This document shows, one piece after another, positions 52,983 through 64,000 of a stretch of DNA of 64,000 bases. Each line of letters opens with the position of its first letter. The first letter of the stretch is position 1. The stretch is from positions 62,001 through 126,000 of the forward strand of contig NW_026929195.1 in the NCBI RefSeq assembly GCF_032062105.1. Direction: 5' to 3'. The notes beneath the pieces are model-generated. The model had not been told where the DNA came from, did no database searches, and saw only the letters and a program-made list of their open reading frames with translations. The position numbers were made by a program, and so were the translations under genes. The DNA comes from Saccostrea cucullata. Taxonomy: Eukaryota.

Positions 52983-55644
52983 TTTACTCAAGCCCTAGAG
53001 GGGCTTGAGTTATCTAAAACGATGCTAGGTCATCGATTTACTCAGTTTTAAAACACGAAAATATATTATTTTGGTAGATAAAAATATTTCTAGAAACAAA
53101 AATGAAGCTTATCCTGAAAACGTCTGTATATTCATAGATATTAAGTGTTAAATGTCGAATTCTTTTCTATGGCGAATGAACAATGAGTGAAGCCCCGCAG
53201 TCGCAACAGTTTCTAAACAGAGATTTCGCGCTTTCCTTTGCGTAGGAATCTCAGGTAACTTTCAGTCGCTGACGTTTCGGTCGCCGACAAAGCATCCTTG
53301 GACGAGTCCACTGGTGACTGTGAAAGGTGACGCAGGTTACCCAATCGTTAACAAATTCTACAATGAATGGCCAGAAAATGGATGGCTGTGCCCCCCCCCC
53401 CCATCTGATATTGTAACTCACTTGCCTGCAAATGATGTGTACTTTGAGTGACAATAAAATGATAGCACAAAATTAATGATAATTTCTCCCTCATGTACGT
53501 TTGTTTTTCTAAAAAATGGTATCATCGTCAGTTTGGTAATAGAACCTATGTAACTTCTTTTGGATTCGTACGGAATATGTATTGGACATGCCGCACAGCT
53601 GGATGAATCCGTAGTCACGTGGATTATTTGCAGCCCGCAGCCCCCCCCCCCCCTTTTGAAAAAACTTTTCTACAGGCTTGTAACAAGCTATTTGGATTGA
53701 TTAGTCAGCCCGCGGGCTGACTAGTTATGGTACGAAGAACTTCCAATGCGCTTGCGTGACCTGGAATTCTGGGAGTGGTTCTGCAGTAAATCACGCCTGC
53801 TAATTTTATTTCAGTAAAATCAATATAGATTGTAAACCAACAAATCCCTATTAAACACCAAAGTAATCTGTAAATTTAACTCAAAAAAGGAATTTCCCGA
53901 TGCTTATTTTTGTATAGAAGGTTTCAAAAGTTAACTGGTTCGCAGTAATTTAACTGGTTCGCACATGATCATGTGTTCTACGCAGCGAAGCATACAGTTG
54001 CTACTGTTGGATGAATTTAGTGTTTGACGCGTAAATTGAAGCTCTTTTATAAAATATATTGAAAGTATTTTTACTTATGTATTTAAATCTACAGTTCAAA
54101 TATTGGTTTATTACATATTTTTAGCTTTTCAGTTTTTACTGCTTTTACTTTCGTTTTCACTACAAATCATTTCGATCCCGATGCTAAATAGTAGACAGAC
54201 TTGTTAAGTCATACAACAGATACTTCGGAAAGAAAACACAACTGGCTAAGCTTGCTCGTTTGTTGCCTCCCGCTGAAATTAGAGAATATCAATTTCAGTC
54301 TGTCTGTCCGTCCATCTATAGTTCTGTCTGTCTGTAACACTTTCACTTCCCCGCAATATCCCATGAAGTCTGGTTACACATATGGCCTTTGGAAGACCCT
54401 CTTGATTTTGAGGTCAAAGGTCAAGGTATTAAATTCAGAAATTCTGTCTCTTAAACACTTGTTTTCGCGCGATATCTCTATAAGCCATTGAGCTTTTGCA
54501 ATGAAATTTTATACCACAACTCCCTATGGCCATATATATGGCGTTAGGAACATGAAGGAATACCCCTGTGTATTTGGAGTTCAAACGTCAGTGTCATAAA
54601 GTCATACTTCTGTGTGACTCTGTGTAAAACTTTCATTTCATTTCTAGTCAATATCTCAAGAAGGTTTTGAGTTTTTGCAATTAAATGTCATAAACCATAA
54701 TTCCCTATGGCCCCGCCCTGGACCCCCCCCCCCCCCCCTGATCTGCGCATGCTTTTTTTTATCCGTAAATTGGCTTGTTTTTTATATTCTACGACCTGAT
54801 AATCTAGGTTGTGGCAATCATATTTATGAATTAATAGGTTTATTATATTATAAGAGGCCTGATAAATGAATTTGTAGGTCTAAGTAATGTTTGCTTTATT
54901 TCAATTCTACTTTTTATGAAAAAATTTTAAGCCAAAATTCAGCTAGTTACTAGTAAGTCAAATGACGATAGTTAATAAACTAAAAAAAGTAGAAAAAATA
55001 TTAAGACGATGTTTTAATTTTAGTGCCCAACTCTGCTACTGATTAAAAAATTGTTGAAGGCATTTTTTCAGTTCTCTATGATTCTTTAAAACATTATCAC
55101 AGAGAAGAAAAATCCACTGGCTGACTCTCTAAGCTTTTTTTAAAAGCTAAACTTGTGTATATTAATGTTGTCATAGGCGTCGGAAGTAAACTGAAAAGGG
55201 GGGGGGCTAAACCAACAAAAACACGTAAACCCCAATTTTCAATGCCTATGTTATGTCTATCTTTGCAAAAAAAAAAAAAAAAAGCAGCCTATGGGTTTGA
55301 AATTAAGCAAAAAATCAAAAAAAAAAATGTATATAGTTTGAAGTATATTAAATGTCATGTATAAACAAATATTTCATTAAATTAAGAAACGGCAACTATC
55401 TTCTATAAAATATTCCTGAAAGTGTGTAACGTAAATTCATCTTAAAAAGTAGTACGATTAATTATATTTATTCTAATTAAATTCAATATATGAATTTTGT
55501 TTCATGTAAATGTATTTTATTCAACGGAAGATTGAACTCAATAGCCCTCATCTTATACCATTTTAGGATATTAATTAATGACACTTCCTAGCTGACTTTC
55601 TACAGCTTGAGTATCTCTGACGTTTTGTCAGTAAATACTTGTTT
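52983..55644 (+). mobile_element. HINE copy 1, interrupted by a nested HINE
   Basis: 5' tactcaagccctagaggggcttgag IR; 3' cttgagta subTIR + ctgacgttttgtcag hairpin + T-run. Nearly identical to 56586-57816 apart from the insert. Confidence 0.8.
53701..55155 (+). mobile_element. Nested HINE of a different family
   Basis: Absent from the sister copy. 5' tagtcagcccgcgggctgacta IR, gtcc microsatellite at ~54300, 3' ggctgact subTIR + agctttt/aaaagct hairpin. Confidence 0.78.
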
Positions 55645-56133
55645 GTTTTTGTATCAAAACTTTTAAATCATAATTCAATTATTCTATTGTAAATAGGAGA
55701 ATATTATTTAATGAAAGTATGGTTTCAACTGTGGAAAGAAATCAAAGAACTATGTCAGATATTAATAATTCATTTATTTATTCATTTTGGCATGTTTAAA
55801 TGCTAAAAATGCATATAATAATTGATAAAAACCTAGTTAAAAATAATAAAGACAATGGTAAAAACATTAGCCAGTTATTTTAGACATGCATGGAGCGGAA
55901 AATGTATTTTATTTCCTTAAATTATTTTTTTGAGTTGAGAGAAGCAAGAAATATGCTGTCTATGTTTTCAATAGAATAAGTGGTATGCAATTGTGTGCAA
56001 TACTGTCCTTAAATAACCTACTGTCTGATCTGATAAGATCATGCAGGTGACAATCTAGGTTAAATTGTATAAAATAGATAAGTAGTAGAAATCACAAAAC
56101 ACAAAGCCGTCAAGCGCATTTTATATTCTAAAC

Positions 56134-58343
56134 ATGAATTTATTTCTTGTGTATATATTGACAGTTTTTGTGACTCTTGGAACAGTAATTGGTGAGGATG
56201 AAAGTGCTACATTGCTGAAAATTATTGAAAAACACGAACTGATGATTCGACGTCTAGAGGAAAAGATAGATAAACAAGACAAAAGAATCGCTGAACTTGA
56301 AAGAGGATGTGATCATCGGGTGCAGAAAGTTTCGGATATCCATGATGCGGCCAATCCGTATGAAGATGAAGTGCATTATCATGGACGAAATGAAACGGAG
56401 AAACCAAGAGATTTGAAAAACACATTAAAAGCTGTGACTCCAAGGAAAAATAACAAAGGAGAGAATAACGTAGTCACCAGCAATCTGAAGCACCGAAGGT
56501 TTCTATTGGGTAAGTCTCAAGAAAATGACAACACAAAAGTAATATTAATGCAAGGACAAAGATGTTTCTAAATGGTTGTTTGCTTTTTACTCAAGCCCTA
56601 GAGGGGCTTGAGTTATCTAAAACGATGCTAGGTCATCGATTTACTCAGTTTTAAAACACGAAAATATATTATTTTGGTAGATAAAAATATTTCTAGAAAC
56701 AAAAATGAAGCTTATCCTGAAAACGTCTGTATATTCATAGATATTAAGTGTTAAATGTCGAATTCTTTTCTATGGCGAATGAACAATGAGTGAAGCCCCG
56801 CAGTCGCAACAGTTTCTAAACAGAGATTTCGCGCTTTCCTTTGCGTAGGAATCTCAGGTAACTTTCAGTCGCCGACGTTTCGGTCGCCGACAAAGCATCC
56901 TTGGACGAGTCCACTGGTGACTGTGAAAGGTGACACAGGTTACCCAATCGTTAACAAATTCTACAATGAATGGCCAGAAAATGGATGGCTGTGCCCCCCC
57001 CCCCCCCCATCTGATATTGTAACTCACTTGCCTGCAAATGATGTGTACTTTGAGTGACAATAAAATGATAGCACAAAATTAATGATAAATTCTCCCTCAT
57101 GTACGTTTGTTTTTCTAAAAAATGGTATCATCGTCAGTTTGGTAATAGAACCTATGTAACTTCTTTTGGATTCGTACGGAATATGTATTGGACATGCCGC
57201 ACAGCTGGATGAATCCGTAGTCACGTGGATTATTTGCAGCCCGCAGCCCCCCCCCTTTTGAAGAAACTTTTCTACAGGCTTGTAACAAGCTATTTGGATT
57301 GATGTATATTAATGTTGTCATAGGCGTCGGAAGTAAACTGAAAAGGGGGGGGGGCTAAACCAACAAAAACACGTAAACCCCAATTTTCAATGCCTATGTT
57401 ATGTCTATTTTTGTAAAAAAAAAAAAAAAGCACCCCCCCCCGGTTCCGACGCCTATGGGTTTGATGTACGTTATTAAGCAAAAAATCAAAAAAAAAAAAT
57501 GTATATAGTTTGAAGTATATTAAATGTCATGTATAAACAAATATTTCATTAAATTAAGAAACGGCAACTATCTTCTATAAAATATTCCTGAAAGTGTGTA
57601 ACGTAAATTCATCTTAAAAAGTAGTACGATTAATTATATTTATTCTAATTAAATTCAATATATGAATTTTGTTTCATGTAAATGTATTTTATTCAACGGA
57701 AGATTGAACTCAATAGCCCTCATCTTATACCATTTTAGGATATTAATTAATGACACTTCCTAGCTGACTTTCTACAGCTTGAGTATCTCTGACGTTTTGT
57801 CAGTAAATACTTGTTTTTTTTGTTTCAATGGCTTTTATTAATATTGTTAAAGTGGGTTTGAATTTTATAGTCGAATGTAGTATATTCAAATCCTCTTATT
57901 TTATTTTTGCAGAAACTCCAACGCCCTCAGCTAAAACATCAACTGTCATAGGTTTTTACGCATATCTCGGAACTCACGATTCTTCGCCAGCCCCCAACAA
58001 AGTCATCGTATTTGATACCATCAAAGCAACCTCTGGTCACGACTATAACCCCTACAGCGGAATCTTTACCATTCCCGAAAGTGGGATGTACGTCTTCACT
58101 TGGACGATCGAATGCGACGGAAATGGCCAAATCTTCACCAAAATCGTAAAGAACTCCAGCGTATTTGGTTCCATTGCGTCTGACAGCAACCATGAAATAG
58201 AGTATCGCATGTCAACCGGTGTAGCATTGACTCTGGCAAATAAAGGCGATATTGTATTTGTTCAAGTGCACAGTGCACAGAATACGAAAATTCATAGCTC
58301 CGATTACGCAAGATCTTCATTCAGTGGCTGGAAATTAAATTGA
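56134..58343 (+). CDS. C1q-domain-containing protein 2 (signal peptide + coiled coil + globular C1q; 268 aa)
   Basis: Exons 56134-56509 and 57913-58343 (phase 1). Paralogue of gene 1 (LLKIIEKHE.MI.RLEEKIDKQD.RI.ELE; closely similar gC1q). Confidence 0.93.
56586..57816 (+). mobile_element. HINE copy 2 in the intron of C1q gene 2, containing a small MITE (57320-57457)
   Basis: Same termini as 52983-55644. MITE TIR cataggcgtcggaa / ttccgacgcctatg. Confidence 0.8.
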
Positions 58344-60420
58344 TTAAAAATGTAAAATGTTTGTTTGATTTTTTTAAAGCTTTTGCTTTATTTGTGCATG
58401 TATAGTTACAATTGCAAACTGTGATTCTGATATACTTTTCACTCAGACTCTGTCATAACATTCAAATTAGGCCCTTTAAGAGAATGCTTATGGAACCACG
58501 ATAATAAAATTTTAAAAAATTTAAAAGGAAACAGTGCTATTCCAAGAGAGTGTATTATTTTATTAATGCCTTTTACTTATCTGACCAATCTAGATTTTAA
58601 TTAGTACAATTTTTTTTACGTTCCTTAATATTTTAATTATTCAATATTAGAAAACCTACCGGTACTTTTAGAGGTTCAACCCTCAGCAATACTTTTGATA
58701 TACTGAACGAATGTTCATATGCAGTTTCTAATTCGATTGTCATTTATTTAGCTTAAACGTTAATTATGACCCGGAAGCTTTGCAAGATTAGAGTTTAGAG
58801 CTTGAAATGTAAGTTATATACCAGTATGTATGATAAATAAAGCAACCACGAGGTAATATAGATAAACTAAGATTTCTTCAAATAGTTCATGATACTGCAG
58901 ATTATTGTGCATATTCATCCATTCAATAGTAACTGTTTATGTTAATAAATTAAACCTTAATTGATGCACTCAATAATCATTTCTCTTCTTTTCATGTAAG
59001 AAGTATTTTATTCATAATATACAGAGAAGTGTACAATATGAATATGGATTGAACAGCAGGCCAAGGGCCTATATAAGTTCTCTCCATTTGTGATCAAGGT
59101 ACAATTAAATTACTGTACATATTTTTAAGTTCCACAAAACATGTATTATAAATTAATATTGAAAGTATTATAAAGAGTACATAATTGAAGAAAAATTGAG
59201 GGAAAAAAGTGCGTAAAGAAAACAATAAAATAAATATAAAACAAAAAACAAATGATGGAAAAAACAAACAAACAAAAATTTAAGTAATAAGAATATGGAG
59301 AGGAAGGTTCAGACCCATACTTGTATGTTTATGTGTACTTTCAACCTAAAGGTCAAGATTGAAAGACATGCTGCACATTATTTAATATATAATATATCAT
59401 TTCTCTTCAAGTGAAATACTGATATAAAATAACACTGATGCCCACAGTAATTCATTGGAAGAGAGCAATTTAATTCAATTAATGCATGAATTAAATATAT
59501 AGCATTATCTGCTTTCCTACATGTAATTTGAATTACTGAGCTCGTCAGTTCAGTTGTATTAAGAATGTAACAAATGTAAGTGTAAAATAATTCGTACTAC
59601 CTCTCTGGATATATAAATTCACTAGTGGAACACATACTCAATGGAAAAAAAAAACATTTGATATCATTGAATAAAACATATCATAATTGTACTACATTAA
59701 AATATCAGAAGGAAGTGAATTTCTCAAAATCAATTATTTAAACAAGATATTGGTACATGCATTTCTTTCTCTGAATTCAACTATAACATTTCTTCAAATT
59801 AAGCGCTTTAAATAAAGCAATTTTCTATTAATATTAAAAGAAATTCTTCTTTACAAAAACCTTTCCCCTCTATATTTTTGTGATGAAATGTGATAAGATG
59901 CATGTATATGTTAATTATCAGCCATAGGATATAATAATTATTTAGTCAACATGGATGATTAAACAATGGAATTAATATTAATTTTAATCAAGATAAAATT
60001 TAAAAGTCATAAATAAAATGTTTTATTAAAAAAGTGTTAAAATAATACATGCACTTAATGCCCCAAAGATATTTTCACCTGGGAAATAATAATTTAAGTC
60101 ATCTTTTAATTCTATTTTCAATATGACGCTACAATTGACACGTCGCATTGGTTCTAATCGACCGAACACCTTCATCAAGCTACTAAATAAGTATATGAAT
60201 GGATAAATACATAAATAGATAAAATAATTAATGATAATTATGACAAAATAAAAAGTTTGTATATAACAGTTTTACTCCATGTCGTACCCAAATATAAGAT
60301 TTTTGCCGTTTAGAATTGCCAAGAAAGAAAGAGGAAGGCATGTCGGCCTTGGCTGTCTGATAGTTACATAAAACCTACACCTGTTATAATTTGAAGGAGA
60401 GTACTGCAGTATTACGCCAT

Positions 60421-60514
60421 GTTGTTACGTCATTTTACTCTAGAGTCCCCTATATAAAGGGAGACTAACAAGTTTTCTTCAGTGTTCCACTCATACAAAC
60501 CTAACAGACAGAAG
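60421..60514 (+). promoter_or_regulatory. Core promoter and non-coding exon 1 of gene D
   Basis: TTACGTCA 60425-60432, TATATAAA from 60451, Inr-like TCAGT 60479-60483, donor gaag|gtaag at 60514. Confidence 0.7.
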
Positions 60515-60750
60515 GTAAGCAAAGCTAACTCCCCAATATTTTCTTAAGATAAGGACCTACATTTTTACAAGTTCTTAAACAGCCAACTTTTATTTTCAAA
60601 AAAAAAAATGAAATGAATAAATAGAGGAAAATTTAAATATATACATGTAGAATAATATACAAAATCCTCATAGGTAGATTGCATAGTAATTATTTTTTGC
60701 AATGTTTAGAATAGTTGAACTTCAATTTGATTAATATTTTTATCTTGCAG

Positions 60751-61434
60751 ATGCGTTCATTCGTCGCCGTTGCAGCAGTTATGATGGCCGGTATTGCCGT
60801 TGCCATGGCAGAGGGATACGGTAGCAGCTACGGTAGCAGTTACGGAAGCAACTACGGAAGCAGCTACATGTCTTATCCTAACTACGGATACGGAAGTGGC
60901 TACGATACCGGATACGGATACGGAAGTGGATACGGACACGGAAGCAGCTACGGCAGTGGATACGGAAAGGGATACGGAAAGAAAGGTGGTGTACAAGCTG
61001 TTTATTACCCAGTCCCTTACCCAGTCCAACAGCCAGCTGCAGCTCCCCTTCCCCTGCCCCCAATTGGTCTTGGTGCCGGTTTGGCCGCTGCTGACAACAA
61101 CGATAACGGTATCTTCGGTGGAAATGGCATCGGACTTCTCGGTAAATGAAGATTTCCTATTAACTTAAAATTGATTTTTGAAATATTTTAATTTTTTTTA
61201 AACAAATCTTTTTTTTCACCATCAGCTAACAATTAGATATCCAACACAGAAGCAATCAGAATATTAGAACATTTTATGTATTTTTTACAAATATTTAATA
61301 TTTTAAACAATAATTCTATATATTTTGTTGTGATATTTTGTGTCATATGAATTTATAGTATCTTCTTTCATTCCTTTTTAGCTCTTCTTTTCCTGATCCC
61401 TCTGCTTTTCAACACCAACACCACCACCGGTTAA
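60751..61434 (+). CDS. Secreted Gly/Tyr/Ser-rich protein, FGGNG-tail family gene D (147 aa)
   Basis: Exons 60751-61141 and 61382-61434 ([17 protein letters not shown]). Signal peptide, YGSS/GYG repeats, [16 protein letters not shown] and [16 protein letters not shown]. Confidence 0.92.
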
Positions 61435-62617
61435 ATGACCACGAGATTGATGTCGTCATCAAATTGAACGTCAAGAAGAGACTAATTTATATAAATTTAT
61501 TTATTGGACAAAACTTCTGGTCTGGTTTTGTCATCCTCTGTTAGGTTGTTACCCTGTTGGAAAAAATAAAATTTGGTTAAGACACCAGTTCGCTCTCTTT
61601 TTATGATTTCTACGAATATTATTGTACAAGCATATGAAAGAATATTAAAAGAGTGGTAAATGGCAACCACGTCCCGCCTAATTAACTGATGCTCCTTTGG
61701 AGTTCATTTGAAAAAGAGACATACACTGTATAACCTCTTTTCATTCAGAAATCCACAGACTCTGTGCCAAGCACGATTGGATTTTCCAAAGTTCTTTGAG
61801 GCAATGAAAGTATTTTACTATGAAGAGAGGAATGCATATAAACGCATATAAAATGGCATAAATATTGGATACTTGATTCCTCGATGCTTGTCACTCACCT
61901 TGTCTTCCTCTGAGTGTTCCGAATCACTTTATCAAAAAAATCATCAAAGAACAAATGCAAGAAATTTATTAAATAAGTATATACACTACATGTATATCTC
62001 TATTATGGGAAATCTTTGAAGAAGGGATACCAGCAAGATGAAAAAGTACTTAGACAAAAAGCCGAAGGATTCTTCCACATTTATAATGTAAAAGAGATAT
62101 AACTGTAAAAAAAGTCTTCCGATCTTTACACTGATTTTGTACAAGATTTGATGAGTGAAATTAGAATATAACTTTAAAAGAGGAATGCTCTTCAGCATTC
62201 AGTTTACTCTGTCATTTTAAAAAGTTGCACGTCTAAGTTCTAACTTGTATTAATAAAACTATAAGTAAAACTTGAATAGTTCCATTAAACGCAGTATTTT
62301 ATTTTAATAGAGACAAATATTGAATAATCTAAAGCAAGACAATGCCATTTCTTTCAATCTCATCATATCAATATCAGAGATTTGCCATAATAACGGGATC
62401 GGTCGAGCATCATGTTAGAAAACACCTAGATTTGAAGACAGACAGATTAAAAAAAATTTCTACATAAGATAAAAATAAATAATAGATAATTCATGTATGA
62501 TATAATATTTTTAAAAATCATGATAAAACATACCAGTATTTTAAAGTTTGATTATAACTACCCCCCTCTCAGAGATGCTATATTTGATAAATTTAGCTGT
62601 TATTGTAACATATTATA

Positions 62618-63646
62618 CGAGGGTTGTCCAAAAAGTTCGTGGACAATGACGTTTTTGTTAAAATAAATGGTTCTATATAAATCTATTGTATATCAAAATA
62701 TTTTTTATGAAAATCCAAGTCAGAATGATTTAATTTTTATTGATGGAACTTTATATTTTTGTAAAAATCGGGGTCTTTAAAGGTCGAGGATAGTGTGCAC
62801 GAACCAAGGTTAAAATGCCATGAACTCTGATATAAAGTGTTCGGAATAAAATGATTATTTTCTATAAAAACAAGTCAAAGCGTAATGAAAATTATATGTA
62901 ACACAAATAAAGAGGCTATAATCGCTTTCTGATATCTAAATTATCGCTTACTATATGGACATTGAAAATACTAAACTAAAACCGTAACAAGTATGTGTCA
63001 AAAATCGATAGAAAAAGCGACGTCGGCTGTCCGCACGGGGCAGCGTCCAATCAAAAAATTATGTTTTAATACGGTTGAAACGACGTAAGAGATAAACTAT
63101 TTGTTAAAACAACCCAAAATCATTTAAATATTTTTAGTTTATTGATTTGAGATTGGTATATACGCATGTAATTTGCTGAAAATGGAGATTTCTATTCATG
63201 ACGTTGTTATAAATCTAGCTCAGCGTCGGAGTTGGCTGTGCAGTTTGTGTATATAAACTGTTTATGTTGGTGACGCACGTAATTTTTTTGTGCATTGTTT
63301 TGAATTTTAAAATTTAAATTAATTATAATTTATACTTTAAAGATTATTGATAGCACTTGGAAGTGTGGCGCCATAAAAAAGAAATGTAGTGTCTGTCCAT
63401 GAACATATGTTAAAATTCAAAATCCAAATGTTGAATGAAATTAGCTTGACGTCAGACTGGTCCGTGCGCATTATCTGCGACCTTTGAAGACCCCAATTTT
63501 TACAAAAATATAAAGTTCCATCAATAAAAATTAAATCATTCTGACTTGGTTCTTCGTAAGAAATATTTTGATATACAATAGATTTATTTAGAACCATTTA
63601 TTTTAACTAAAACATCATTGTCCACGAACTTTTTGGACAACCCTCG
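62618..63646. mobile_element. Mariner-type non-autonomous element with long (~85-bp) imperfect TIRs and TA TSD
   Basis: ta|cgagggttgtccaaaaagttcgtggacaatga ... tcattgtccacgaactttttggacaaccctcg|ta. Confidence 0.9.
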
Positions 63647-64000
63647 TACATGTACGCACAAATGAACAAACGAATGCTTTTTGGACAACCGTCTGTTCGT
63701 ACATCTCTTATCCGCAACTCCTCTCATACCACTGAATGAAAATTGATGCAACTTTCACAGAATCTTTATTACAATTGCCATTGTGCACTATTTTAACGAC
63801 ACATATTTTGGGTTTGCATTTATAACCATAAAAAATATATTTATTTATATTTTACAAGGGAATGTGATGGTGGAAATATCTTGCTTTGGATAGAAAAATG
63901 TTTTTGATAAGCATTCTGATGTTATAATATTTTTTTTTTAAATTAAAAGAGTTATGTATGAGTATTAAGTATTAATAAAAATGAGTGTTTTTGAAATCCT

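Overview
This is AT-rich, intron-containing animal DNA, most likely from a Crassostrea/Magallana-type oyster. That call is inferred from the ~168-bp satellite carried inside Helentron-type HINE elements, the bivalve-style coiled-coil C1q genes and the MITE repertoire. I built 11 gene models by hand from splice signals. (1) A 10-exon DEK-C + SWIB/MDM2 gene (Uaf30/spp27-like, 247 aa) that the ORF track misses. (2) Five small secreted-protein genes: four clear Gly/Tyr-rich paralogues and one diverged member. They share one exon layout, and the four paralogues end in a conserved 'G(V/I)FGGNG + hydrophobic tail + Gly-stop' module whose tail sits on its own exon. This is the best candidate for an undescribed extracellular structural or adhesive system. 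(3) Two signal-peptide/coiled-coil/gC1q genes embedded in that cluster. (4) Two paralogous orphan 'MGRR' genes with conserved triple-CRE promoters; one carries tandem PKA-site repeats. (5) One further 2-exon orphan gene. The mobile fraction is mostly non-autonomous elements: triply nested HINEs with a 4 x 1.2-kb terminal concatemer, satellite-bearing HINEs, mariner-type MITEs, MITEs with 6-bp TSDs and a 5-kb TIR element in a 3'UTR intron. All models are unverified by transcript data.
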